Shown here: piece after piece, positions 13,201 through 25,751 of the stretch
Position numbering within the stretch: position 1 is the stretch's first letter
How the letters are laid out: each line of letters begins with the position of its first letter
Assembly: GCA_002269645.1 (NCBI GenBank)
Contig: NIVC01003703.1
Location: 1-64,000 of the forward strand
Length of the DNA: 64,000 bases
Source: Macrostomum lignano
Taxonomy: Eukaryota
Direction of reading: 5' to 3'
The notes under the pieces: model-generated
Databases searched by the model: none
What the model saw: the letters and a program-made list of their open reading frames with translations, nothing else
Told to the model about the DNA's origin: nothing
Program-made: the position numbers and the translations under genes

Positions 13201-16200
13201 AAAGCCGCCACCACAGAGCTGCTCTCAGCCATAGATAATAAGGCCGATCAATGCCGCTGTCACAGAACTGCACTCGGCCATAGACAATAAAGCCGATCAA
13301 AGCCACTGCTACAGAGCAGCTCTCGGCCATAGACAATAAAGCCAATCAAAGCCACTGCCACAGAACTGCACTCGGCCATAGACAATAAAGCCAATCAAAG
13401 CCACTGCCACAGAACTGCACTCGGCCATAGACAATAAAGCCAATCAAAGCCACTGCTACAGAGCAGCTCTCGGCCATAGACAATAAAGCCAATCAAAGCC
13501 ACTGCCACAGAACTGCACTCGGCCATAGAAAATAAAGCCAATCAAAGCCGCCACCACAGAGCTGCTCTCGGCCATAGACAATAAAGCCAATCAAAGCCAC
13601 TGCCACAGAACTGCACTCGGCCATAGACAATAAAGCCAATCAAAGCCACTGCCACAGAACTGCACTCGGCCATAGACAATAAAGCCAATCAAAGCCACTG
13701 CTACAGAGCAGCTCTCGGCCATAGACAATAAAGCCAATCAAAGCCACTGCCACAGAACTGCACTCGGCCATAGAAAATAAAGCCAATCAAAGCCGCCACC
13801 ACAGAGCTGCTCTCGGCCATAGACAATAAAGCCAATCAAAGCCACTGCCACAGAACTGCACTCGGCCATAGACAATAGAGCCCATCAAAGCCACTGCTAC
13901 AGAACTGCATTCGGCCATAGACAAGTTTCGGTAAATGCCCAATCGGGCGGATAATTTCATTAGAAATCAATTTAGGATTCTCTACTTGATTTTTTCTTCT
14001 AATGAGAGACAATAGCTTTCAAGAATTTGCTTGGCTTGCAGGTCTGATCAACTTGGTTGGCTTTATTGTTTTTAGTCAAGTCACAAGCACGCGACTTACA
14101 TAGGACAGGAAAACTCGTTTAACTATATCTTTGTGGATATAAATAGAAGGCTTGAACTTTTATTTGTAAACAAGATGCATAGCCATATTCTTAAATCATA
14201 TTTGTTTAAATTGATTTGAAGGGACCATATTACTTTAAATGCATTATTTTATCAAGAGAAGGGCCTTTAATTTAAGAGATTTTTCTGGTCTACAAGACAT
14301 GCATGTTTCAATAAACTCGTAGTTTTTATGTCAAAAAAATCTGAAAAGTTCCTGTCTTCGTAAGTATATTTTGGTGCTAAACCAGCCTCCAGTATGTTTT
14401 CTAAGAAACGTGGAACCGGTAGTTACTGCTGGAGCGAATGTGAATTCTCGACTCGATCGGTTTAATTATCAACTTGACTAATATTACCAAGTCTAATTGC
14501 TTATTGTAGGGATAAAAATAGCATCGAGTTATCTAAATCTGACTGTTTCCATCCCGCAGCCGCTGATGCAGCGCATAGCAACGGCCTACCAGACACAGCA
14601 ACGGCGGCTAAAGCTCCATCAGATTCGCCAGATGATTCTTCATCCGCTTACTTAACTGCCAGTATGACCAGTCCGGCTGCGGACTCTGGTGCAACAGTTC
14701 CGACTGCCAATGGAGTTGCCGATGGACCATTTGCTGGGACTGAGTCTAATAGTAGTAGTGCAAAGCCTGCTCTGCTCAGCCCCATTGTTACAGGTGAGGT
14801 ATCAAAGTGAACTGTTAACGGTAAAAATACCAAGCCTATATAATTCGCCCGTAGAACTACCAAGTATGATGGCTACTACGGGCTGATTGCTTGAGAGTAG
14901 CTGAGGATGTCCAGCATATGAGGTGTCCGTTATCACCTAGTGCTATCTGTTGAAGGTCCAGAAGCTCCGCCTGGGTGAAGGCCAGTGACCAAAGAAGTCA
15001 GAGCTGATGCAGACACATGCGGTCAATGTGCTGATGAAATTTGGAGGCTTGGCAAGGCACTTGGAAAACACTGGCGCTTATCGGAAAAATCCGACCTGTT
15101 GGCAGAATTGTCGAATATCTCGACGGTCCAAAAGGCTAGCAGCGACTTTATTCTTGTCACGCTCAGACAGGGTGTACAGCGTCCCTGATTTTGTCATCGT
15201 CGGTGCATGTAATTTCGGTGTCTATTGGCTAGCTGACAAATTAAAAAAAAGTTCTTATTTAAAAATTGATACTTCTTGCTTAACAAATTTCTCTATTCTT
15301 ATCTCAGCAATAATAAACTGGTTACATGCTCGTATTTTTACTGCCAAGTCTAGTGTAATGCAATCGCAATGGCGTGTTATCAAAATTTGCGCAGTATTAA
15401 TTATAACGGATGCTATTTATATTAAGGAATGATTGTGTGGCAAATCATATATAGTCCTTAGCTTTATCAAGCTGGCTTCTATATAATATTTAATATGCAT
15501 ACATTTTTCTAGCTTCTTGCCTGTCTGTTTCTTTAATAGTGACAATACCAAATTGTTTACTTCAGTTACCATGGCTACAGCCGATGGCAAAGCTTTGCAC
15601 AGTGAAAATCTGCCTAACAAACTGCTGACAACTTCAATTGATAGCAACGGCAACGCTGACGAGCCCAATGTTGTTAATGATGCTGCTAAGGAGCCTGGGA
15701 AAGCTGAGGATTTGCCCACTGGTAAGCTGGTTGAATTAATAATAGTTTTATATTAATTGATAGGACCGGCTATATTGCACCGTTAATAAGATAGATTGAT
15801 TGTTTGACTGGTAGAGACAGATAGGTAGAAAGAAAGTTACTATCTTAATGTAAATTAAGATACGTTTGACCAAAGATCATGTATACACAAGATGGGCCAC
15901 TCATTAACCGCTTATGTGCCCATAGAAGCGTATGTGAAAAAACTTGAAAAAAAAACTACTGAACTCTATTTCACCAGTAGTTTCTGCAGTGCATGCATCA
16001 TTCTTAGTTTGATTGAGTAGCTTCTTATTTGATTCATGGGAAGTTCTATCAAATTCTCAAAAAATAGCGTCTATGTCCCTAAGCTACTGAACTCTATTTC
16101 ACCAGTAGTTTCTGCAGTGCATGCATCATTCTTAGTTTGATTGAGTAGCTTCTTATTTGATTCATGGGAAGTTCTATCAAATTCTCAAAAAATAGCGTCT

Positions 16201-19200
16201 ATGTCCCTAAGCTACTGAACTCTATTTCACCAGTAGTTTCTGCAGTGCATGCATCATTCTTAGTTTGATTGAGTAGCTTCTTATTTGATTCATGGGAAGT
16301 TCTATCAAATTCTCAAAAAATAGCGTCTATGTCCCTAAGCTACTGAACTCTATTTCACCAGTAGTTTCTGCAGTGCATGCATCATTCTTAGTTTGATTGA
16401 GTAGCTTCTTATTTGATTCATGTGAAGTTCTATCAAATTCTCAGAAAAAATAGCGTCTATGTCCCTAAGCTACTGAACTCTATTTCACCAGTAGTTTCTG
16501 CAGTGCATGCATCATTCTTAGTTTGATTGAGTAGCTTCTTATTTGATTCATGTGAAGTTCTATCAAATTCTCAGAAAAAATAGCGTCTATGTCCCTAAGC
16601 TACTGAACTCTATTTCACCAGTAGTTTCTGCAGTGCATGCATCATTCTTAGTTTGATTGAGTAGCTTCTTATTTGATTCATGTGAAGTTCTATCAAATTC
16701 TCAGAAAAAATAGCGTCTATGTCCCTAAGCTACTGAACTCTATTTCACCAGTAGTTTCTGCAGTGCATGCATCATTCTTAGTTTGATTGAGTAGCTTCTT
16801 ATTTGATTCATGGGAAGTTCTATCAAATTCTCAGAAAAAATAGCGTCTATGTCCCTAAGCTACTGAACTCAAAATTTAAGCAACCCATGTCCAAGTATGA
16901 AAAATCAAATTTTGAGTTAGGACTCGCTTGCATTTATTATAACAGCATTACTATAAGACTTTTCTTGACAAAAACTACTAAAATTCGCAGTACAAGTGTC
17001 CACCGAGGCACCGATACCGCCGCCACCGGAGCCGGCAACTAGCGAAATTGTTGAAGTTCCCGCACCCGAAGCCGCTGACGTCCCAGTGACTCTTCGCGGC
17101 AATCGCAGCGGCGGCTCGCCTAGCGGCGTCAAAGTGACAGCAATGCCGGCGGCAGGGGCTGCTCAGCAGCAGCAACTGTTGCTGCCTCTACCCGTTGGCA
17201 CGTCAACGCCAACTCGGGGCTCGCCAGGCAGAGGCCGACTAGGCTACAATAGGAGAAAGGTATAACTATTATGCAATGTCAATACAATGGACAGGTATTT
17301 CAACAGAGATAGAAAAAAGGTTGTGGGCAGCATAGATAATGGGCAATGTTTAATACATCTATGTTTATTTATATCAATATCGTATGCGAATGGCATAGTG
17401 CTGAGTCATGGACAGGGAGCGCTTGGTAACATAGAGCTTGCCAGCTACAGAAGGGGTGCCATTTACAGAAAGGGCGCCAGCTACAGAAGGGGCGCCAGAT
17501 ACAGAGAGGGCGCCGATGCAGAGAGGGCGCCAGCTACAGAAGGGGCGCCAGACACAAAAAGAGCGCCAGATACAGAGAGGGCGCCGATGCAGAGAGGGCG
17601 CCAGATACAGAAGGGGCGCCAGTTACAAATGGGGCGCCAGCTACAGAGGGGGGCACCAGCTACAGAGGGGGCACTAGCTACAGAGGGGGCGCCAGCTACA
17701 GAGGGGGCGCCAGCTACAGAGGGGGCACTAGCTACAGAGGGGGCGCCAGCTACAGAGGGGGCGCCAGCTACAGAGGGGGGCACCAGCTGCAGAGGGGGCA
17801 CCAGCATCAGAGGGGGGCACCAGCTACAGAGGGGGCACCAGCTGCAGAGGGGGCACCAGCTACAGAGGGGGCACCAGCTGCAGAGGGGGCACCAGCTACA
17901 GAGGGGGCACCAGCTACAGAGGGGGCACCAGCTACAGAGGGGGCGCCAGCTACAGAGGGGGGCACCAGCTACAGAGGGGGCGCCAGCTACAAAGGAGTAT
18001 CAGCTGCAGCAAAAAATTTTTATACATTAAAAACCGCCCCTCGGCCGCAGACTAAGAGCTGCACCGAATGCGACGTGCCTGTCAGCTCCGGCGGGGTCGA
18101 CAGTTCAGCAGCCGAAGCGTCCGATTTGGTCGCCGCCGTCGTGTCAGCCTCCGCATCCGCCGATGCCGCTGGGGTCAGCGCGGCCGCTCTACTCGCTGAC
18201 GCCAAGGCGCGGGAGCGCTCCTCTCTAATAATGATTAGCGCGGCGATGCGCGGCGCCGCCATCCTGGCCGCCGGCATGACCCGGTCGCTTAACTTCGACG
18301 CTTTGCACGCCGCCGAACTCGACGGCGAAGATGCCGACGCCGATGCCGCCGAGCAGCAGTCGGACGGCGACGGTGAAAAATGCGCCGGCCGCTACTTTTT
18401 AATGCTTGCCGACCGGGAGGAGAAGAAGATTCGGACCGAGACAGACTGGATTGAAGCCGCTCTGGCCGACCGGCCGGACTTGTCCGAAGAGGGTCAGTTC
18501 CGTACCTGTCTGATCTGCATATCTATCTTATCTATCTATCTATCCGTATCTAGTCTAGTATCTAGTCTAGCCCGTCTATCTTCGTATCTAGTCCATATAT
18601 CTCATTTAGTCCATCTATCTCAGTGTCTAGCCCATCTATCTTAGTGTCTAGCCCATCTATCTCCGGGTCTAGCCCATCTATCTCCGTATCTAGTCCATCT
18701 ATCTCAGTTTCTAGCCCATCTATCTCAGTTTCTAGCCCATCTATCTCAGTTTCTAGCCCATCTATCTCAGTTTCTAGCCCATCTATCTCCGTATCTAGTC
18801 CATCTATCTCAGTTTCTAGCCCATCTATCTCAGTTTCTAGACCATCTATCTCCGGGTCTAGCCCATCTATCTCCGTATCTAGCCCATCTATCTCAGTTTC
18901 TAGACCATCTATCTCCGGGTCTAGCCCATCTTTAATCCGTGTCGATGCTCAACAAGCACAACAGCTAGTGCTCAACACGTATAAACTTTCAGTCGCCGGA
19001 ATATTTCGCGTGGCCGTCGGCAAGGCGAAGCTGTTCCTAGCAGAGAAGCTGGCCCAGTTCCGCGGCCTGTGCGAGGACAACCTCTCTGGCGGGGTCACCC
19101 AGTACTGCGACTTGAACGGCTTTTGGGCCATCTGCGGCCTACAGATTGACGATCTGAATAACAAGCTGCTGCAACAGTGCCGAACTATTCGCGACGCTGG

Positions 19201-19477
19201 ATTTGTTGTCATAGCAACCAGCTCCAAGGCTTCGGCGGCGTCCGGCTCGCCGGAGCAGCAGGCCTCGACGGCGCCAACAACGAAGGCAGCCGCGAGACGG
19301 CCGACCGCGGCAAAGAAAGCGACAACTTCCACCACAACGGCAAAGTCGGGAGGCGGCGGCGAAGGCGATCGGCAGCGCCGGGAGCGGCTGGCGGAGATGA
19401 AGCGCCAGGCTCGCAAGAAGATGCTGGCAGCCTCGGCCGGTGCGGCTGACAACGGAGACGATGTGATTTTCATGTGA
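10278..19477 (+). CDS. DLGAP: GKAP/SAPAP (DLGAP/HURP/vulcan-mars family) protein, ~852 aa; exons 10278-11250, 14560-14793, 15566-15721, 16991-17259, 18051-18492, 18993-19477
   Basis: All junctions are GT-AG with matching phases (1,1,1,0,1). The spliced C-terminus reads GRYFLMLADREEKKIR...DLSEE|VAGIFRVAVGKAKLFLAEKLAQFRGLCEDNL...DLNGFWAICGLQIDDL...RRERLAEMKRQA, the GKAP/GH1 domain pattern. An in-frame acceptor CAG|AGTTTTATG at 10271 means upstream exons are possible. Confidence 0.8.
11340..11720. repeat. 33/34-bp minisatellite (CCAGGATTAGAATTCCAATGTCCACCCCGAAGG), ~10 copies, DLGAP intron 1
   Basis: Tandem units visible directly. Confidence 0.9.
12763..13923. repeat. 49-bp minisatellite (GCCATAGACAATAAAGCCAATCAAAGCCACTGCCACAGAACTGCACTCG), ~23 copies with higher-order structure
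   Basis: Period 49 (e.g. 13021 to 13070); four recurring variants of the central segment. Confidence 0.95.
15956..16870. repeat. 128/130-bp tandem repeat, 7 copies, DLGAP intron 3
   Basis: CTACTGAACTC starts at 15956, 16084, 16212, 16340, 16470, 16600, 16730, 16860. Confidence 0.95.
17440..17995. repeat. 18/19-bp G-rich minisatellite (GGGGGCGCCAGCTACAGA), DLGAP intron 4
   Basis: Tandem units lying between donor 17260 and acceptor 18050. Confidence 0.9.
18520..18930. repeat. 21-bp minisatellite (CTAGCCCATCTATCTCAGTTT), DLGAP intron 5
   Basis: Tandem units between donor 18493 and acceptor 18992; source of the spurious SPSISVS ORF. Confidence 0.9.
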
Positions 19478-20179
19478 AGCTGTGCCTGGCAGATCATCAC
19501 TGACTCTAGCCAATGGCAGTCGTCAAGTATTAAATTCAAAATAATGTCGAATTTGTCAGCTACACAATTTTTGTAAAAATTATTTTTCTCTTGTTTAAAA
19601 AACACACGCTCGGTTTTAAGGTCAATGAAGTTGGAAGTTATTTTAGTCCTCCTATGCAATGTCTGTGCAAGTGATTCCACTTTAGCTAACATGAGAATAT
19701 AGCCTAATAAATTGCGAACATGGGCTTTTCAGATAGACTTTAGATAGAATTAATTAATGATTCATTATGGATTAGAGCAATATAAGTGAGTTATATTGCC
19801 ATGCAGTTGCACCAGGGTATCACAACCAATTAGCAAAGCATTAGTAATGAGAAACACATGATTGCTTTTTTATCGTGCTTCGCCTGAGTATTAGCCGCCA
19901 CCCTTTCCGCTTTCTCAGTCGGGTTAACCTCGACTTAATCTATTTATCTACAGTCTTATTATATCTGCGTGCCATGCGGCCTTTTTTCTGTTTATTTATT
20001 TTCAATTTCAAACACAAACTATCAGTTTTTTGCACCCTGGACTTACAGCTTCTCTTTGACGGAGTGTTGGAAAAGTATTTTTTAAACTACTTACGTTCCC
20101 TTTTTCCTCAATGTTGAAGCACTGAGTACTGAGTTTTGCTTAAGTTTCTGTTCGTCATCTATCATCAGCATCTCCCTGT

Positions 20180-22245
20180 ATTGTCTCTACCCCTCTCTCC
20201 CACTCTTACCCCTCACTTTATCTCACACCCTCTCCCACTCTTACCCCTCACTTTATCTCACACCCTCTCCCACACTTACCCCTCACTTTATCTCACACCC
20301 TCTCCCACTCTTACCCCTCACTTTATCTCACACCCTCTCCCACTCTTACCCCTCACTTTATCTCACACCCTCTCCCACTCTTACCCCTCACTTTATCTCA
20401 CACCCTCTCCCACTCTTACCCCTCACTTTATCTCACACACACACACTCTCTCTCTATCTCTCTCCCACTCTTACCCTTCACTTTATCTCACACCCTCTCC
20501 CACACTTACCCCTCACTTTATCTCACACCCTCTCCCACTCTTACCCCTCACTTTATCTCACACCCTCTCCCACTCTTACCCCTCACTTTATCTCACACCC
20601 TCTCCCACTCTTACCCCTCACTTTATCTCACACCCTCTCCCACTCTTACCCCTCACTTTATCTCACACACACACACTCTCTCTCTATCTCTCTCCCACTC
20701 TTACCCCTCACTTTATCTCACACCCTCTCCCACTCTTACCCCTCACTTTATCTCACACCCTCTCCCACTCTTACCCCTCACTTTATCTCACACACACACA
20801 CTCTCTCTCTATCTCTCTCCCACTCTTACCCCTCACTTTATCTCACACCCTCTCCCACTCTTACCCCTCACTTTATCTCACACCCTCTCCCACTCTTACC
20901 CCTCACTTTATCTCACACCCTCTCCCACTCTTACCCCTCAATTTATCTCACACACACACACTCTCTCTCTATCTCTCTCCCACTCTTACCCCTCACTTTA
21001 TCCCACACCCTCTCCCACTCTTACCCCTCACTTTATCTCACACCCTCTCCCACTCTTACCCCTCACTTTATCTCACACCCTCTCCCACTCTTACCCCTCA
21101 CTTTATCTCACACCCTCTCCCACTCTTACCCCTCACTTTATCTCACACCCTCTCCCACTCTTACCCCTCACTTTATCCCACACCCTCTCCCACTCTTACC
21201 CCTCACTTTATCTCACACCCTTTCCCACTCTTACCCCTCACTTTATCCCACACCCTCTCCCACTCTTACCCCTTACTTTATCTCACACCCTCTCCCACAC
21301 TTACCCCTCACTTTATCTCACACCCTCTCCCACTCTTACCCCTCACTTTATCTCACACCCTCTCCAACACTTACCCCTCACTTTATCTCACACCCTCTCC
21401 CACACTTACCCCTCACTTTATCTCACACCCTCTCCCACACTTACCCCTCACTTTATCTCACACCCTCTCTCTCTCTCTCTATCTCTCTCCCACTCTTACC
21501 CCTCACTTTATCTCTCACCCTCTCCCACTCTTACCCCTCACTTTATCCCACACCCTCTCCCACTCTTACCCCTCACTTTATCTCACACCCTTTCCCACTC
21601 TTACCCCTCACTTTATCCCACACCCTCTCCCACTCTTACCCCTTACTTTATCTCACACCCTCTCCCACACTTACCCCTCACTTTATCTCACACCCTCTCC
21701 CACTCTTACCCCTCACTTTATCTCACACCCTCTCCAACACTTACCCCTCACTTTATCTCACACCCTCTCCCACACTTACCCCTCACTTTATCTCACACCC
21801 TCTCCCACACTTACCCCTCACTTTATCTCACACCCTCTCTCTCTCTCTCTATCTCTCTCCCACTCTTACCCCTCACTTTATCTCTCACCCTCTCCCACTC
21901 TTACCCCTCACTTTATCTCACACCCTCTCCCACTCTTACCCCTCACTTTATCTCACGCCCTCTCCCACTCTTACCCCTCAATTTATCTCACACACTCTCT
22001 CTCTCTATCTCTCTCCCACTCTTACCCCTCACTTTATCTCTCACCCTCTCCCACTCTTACCCCTCACTTTATCTCACACCCTCTCCCACTCTTACCCCTC
22101 ACTTTATCTCACGCCCTCTCCCACTCTTACCCCTCAATTTATCTCACACACTCTCTCTCTCGATCTCTCTCCCACTCTTACCCCTCACTTTATCTCACAC
22201 CCTCTCCCACTCTTACCCCTCAATTTATCTCACACCCTCTCTCTC
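20180..22245. repeat. 35-bp C/T-rich minisatellite (CTTACCCCTCACTTTATCTCACACCCTCTCCCACT), ~55 copies with (CA)n(CT)n interruptions
   Basis: Period 35 (20221 to 20256); the plus strand is almost free of G. Confidence 0.95.
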
Positions 22246-23029
22246 TGACCCACCGCTGCCATTACTCTGTTCCCCTATTCTTAAAATCAAGCAGCCAATC
22301 GATTCCTGTCTCTAAGCCATCTCTAAGCCACAGCTAGTGTACGGTACAGTCAGTCTAGCTCGATAGTCTTCCCTTAATTGTGTGTATTTTTTACCCATCT
22401 GGCGTGCTTCGTCATCAATATAAATATATCGATCGATCTGATAAGTAAATACCCGGCTGTATCACTGACACTTTGCTATAATTATATAATAATTTTTTGA
22501 CCCCAGCCCTCTTGTCTGTCGTGGTGCTGCCGACTTTATATTTTCTACTTTACCGCCAGCCCCGTGTGGGCGGTTCGCAGTTATTTATTTATTTATTTGC
22601 TTAACCTTTAGAGTCTCTTGCTGTTTAACTCACAATTTCCCGGACGGTATTTTTGTTACTTAATTAGGATCGTAGTATAGTTAAAAACTTTTTTCCTAAT
22701 TTTAGTTATTCAACCTGATTGATCTCTCTTGCATCGGCAGGTGGAGTAGTGGCTGCCGCTGCGATTTTATGATAATTAATTGCTACATCATTTTGGTTAT
22801 TTGTTTTATATAAAACAGCTGCACGCTCATGTCATGGACTCTGTATTGATTGACCTTTTACACAAGCTTTGTTTTTTTAATCTATTTTAAGTATTAGCAG
22901 TGCGGGTTTAGCTACTCAAATATTTATGCAGTCGGCTGTTTAAAGAATCTCGGCAGTTTTATTTTTTCTTTGTCGGTAAGACAGCAATGAAAAATTATCA
23001 AATGCTTCTGACTGTTTTCTTGTGAGTAG

Positions 23030-23580
23030 ATGCATTGTGTGCTGTTGCTATGTGCTCGCTATGTTGTTGCTATGCAGTTGCTACGTGGTCGCTATGTTGT
23101 TGCTAATGCTATGCTGTTGCTGTGGGGTCGCTATGTAGTTGCAATTCTGTTGCTATGTGCTCGCTATGTAGTTGCTATGCAGTTGCTACGTGGTCGCTAT
23201 GTTGTTGCTAATGCTATGCTGTTGCTGTGGGGTCGCTATGTAGTTGCAATTCTGTTGCTATGTGCTCGCTATGTAGTTGCAATTCTGTTGCTATGTGCTC
23301 GCTATGTAGTTGCAATTCTGTTGCTATGTGCTCGCTATGTAGTTGCAATTCTGTTGCTATGTGCTCGCTATGTAGTTGCAATTCTGTTGCTATGTGCTCG
23401 CTATGTAGTTACAATTCTGTTGCTATGTGCTCGCTATGTAGTTGCAATTCTGTTGCTATGTAGTTGCTATGCTGTTGCTACGTGGTCGCTATGTTGTTGC
23501 TAATGCTATGCTATTGCTATGTGGTAGCTATGTAGTTGCTATGTGGTCGCTTTGCCGTTGTTATGTTGCTATGTGGTTTC
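23030..23580. repeat. 33-bp minisatellite (GTTGCAATTCTGTTGCTATGTGCTCGCTATGTA) built from an 11-bp GTTGCTATG-like subunit
   Basis: Tandem units visible directly. Confidence 0.9.
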
Positions 23581-24208
23581 TATGCTGTTATTATCTTTTC
23601 AAGACCAATCGTTGCTATGCGGCTTAATAAAAATTTTTTTCGTGTAGCTAAAAATATTTACCCACACAATAAATTACAATACATGATACATTCAGTGTAA
23701 ATCTTGCCGTTGTTTTATCAATAATTCTAGCCTTCCTTTAAATATGCGATCAAGGAGCAGCCGTACTGAGCATGACAACTAAGCTTTAGTATTCAGCTTA
23801 GCCTTTCGCTTGCTGGGCTGTATTAACTGTATTCATAGCGAGCAGCGGTTTGGCTGCAGCCGATATCTGAGTATCTTGTTTGGGTTTGAAAGCAAAATGT
23901 GTTTGATTTAGCACCTCTATATCCTGCGCATTAGTGCCGTGTACTTCTGTAGAAATTATACTTAATAGCTGATCCCACTGTTTCATATGCTTATTTGTTC
24001 GCTATAGTGTGTACGCTTCATAAGTGAAAGAATTTTTCTCTAACAAAAAATTACAATAAAACCTTGTACAATGCCTACTTTAGGCTTGTTTGACATGTTT
24101 GATCGCTCTTAAAAGTGCTGGCTTGCTTAGCCTATGTCGCTAAGCGTGTAAAAAGCTTTGGATATGTCTTAGTTCATTAGCATACTTGTTCATTAATAGA
24201 TTTGACAT

Positions 24209-25230
24209 GATGGGAGCGGCCCTACTGAGTAGATATGAAATGTGAGCGGCCCTGCTCAGTAGATATGAGATGGAAGCAGTAGATATGAGATGGAAGCAGT
24301 AGATATGAGATGGGAGCAGTAGATATGAGATGGGAGCAGTAGATATGAGATGGGAGCAGTAGATATGAGATGGGAGCAGTAGATATGAGACGGGAGCAGT
24401 AGATATGAGATGGAAGCAGTAGATATGAGATGGAAGCAGTAGATATGAGATGGGAGCAGTAGATATGAGATGGAAGCAGTAGATATGAGATGGGAGCAGT
24501 AGATATGAGATGGAAGCAGTAGATATGAGATGGGAGCAGTAGATATGAGATGGAAGCAGTAGATATGAGATGGGAGCAGTAGATATGAGATGGAAGCAGT
24601 AGATATGAGATGGGAGCAGTAGATATGAGATGGAAGCAGTAGATATGAGATTGAAGCAGTAGATATGAGATGGGAGCAGTAGATATGAGATGGAAGCAGT
24701 AGATATGAGATTGGAGCAGTAGATATGAGATGGAAGCAGTAGATATGAGATGGGAGCAGTAGATATGAGATGGAAGCAGTAGATATGAGATGGAAGCAGT
24801 AGATATGAGATGGGAGCAGTAGATATGAGATGGAAGCAGTAGATATGAGATTGAAGCAGTAGATATGAGATGGGAGCAGTAGATATGAGATGGAAGCAGT
24901 AGATATGAGATTGGAGCAGTAGATATGAGATGGAAGCAGTAGATATGAGATGGGAGCAGTAGATATGAGATGGGAGCAGTAGATATGAGATGGAAGCAGT
25001 AGATATGAGATGGAAGCAGTAGATATGAGATGGGAGCAGTAGATATGAGATGGAAGCAGTAGATATGGGATGGGAGCAGTAGATATGAGATGGAAGCAGT
25101 AGATATGAGATGGAAGCAGTAGATATGAGATGGGAGCAGTAGATATGAGATGGAAGCAGTAGATATGAGATGGGAGCAGTAGATATGAGATGGAAGCAGT
25201 AGATATGAGATGGGAGCGGCCCCTGCTCAG
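24209..25230. repeat. 20-bp minisatellite (AGATATGAGATGG[G/A]AGCAGT), ~48 copies
   Basis: Period 20, aligned in register with the 60-nt lines. Confidence 0.95.
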
Positions 25231-25751
25231 TAAGTACATGTATGAGACGGATTTATTTTAAAACTTTATTTCTTGTATATGCCATTTACTGAGTAGGTGC
25301 GTAAAAATATGAGTTTACGTGTCAAGCTTCCATAAAATTAACAATAATCTTGCAGAAAACTACTGCAATAAGAGTACGAGTAGTAGTAGTACTAATAGTA
25401 GCGCGTTAGGCGTTCAGTCAAGCGTAATTCTTTGGCGGCAGAATTCAGCGAACCAAAATGTTCGCCAGTAGCATGACGCAGAGAAGGCCGAAAGCGCTTT
25501 TGATGGTAGTCTGAAAAATTATTGCGGTTTTTTCGGCGGTTACCTTTACATATTGCAACTGCAGATGGCTAAGCTGGGGCTCTATAAGGTATTAAACCGA
25601 CTACGCCTATATTATATTACTAAGTTGTTTATAAGCTTAGTGAACCGCCAAACAAGGCTGCAAATATTGGCGCCCCTCAATGAAAATCCCAGCGTTCAGG
25701 TACGCCACTGATGAGCTTCAATAAAAGTTGCTTGATGCCAATAGTCGGGTA

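Noticed and set aside
12763-13923. CRISPR-like repeat-spacer appearance
   Set aside because: The variable segments are four recurring, mutually related variants, there are no cas genes and the context is a eukaryotic intron.
17287-18030. 247-aa ATEGAP/HQLQRG repeat ORF
   Set aside because: It lies inside DLGAP intron 4 between a good donor (17260) and acceptor (18050) and the repeat switches frame.
18623-18992. SPSISVS repeat as N-terminus of the 284-aa ORF
   Set aside because: Intronic 21-bp array; GKAP homology joins LSEE|V directly at acceptor 18992.
20136-22337. 733-aa ORF rich in L/S/H/P/T
   Set aside because: Translation of the 35-bp G-less array, which can hardly form stop codons; non-ATG start and no domain.
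23798-23986. Possible third temptin exon (62-aa minus ORF)
   Set aside because: Acceptor phase (1) is incompatible with the candidate donor (0) and there is no recognisable motif.
24256-25239. 327-aa ORF and other repeat-derived ORFs (23030, 40247-40998, 43466, 51040-52146, 53726-54260, 59926, 60494)
   Set aside because: All are translations of tandem arrays, usually open in several frames and on both strands.
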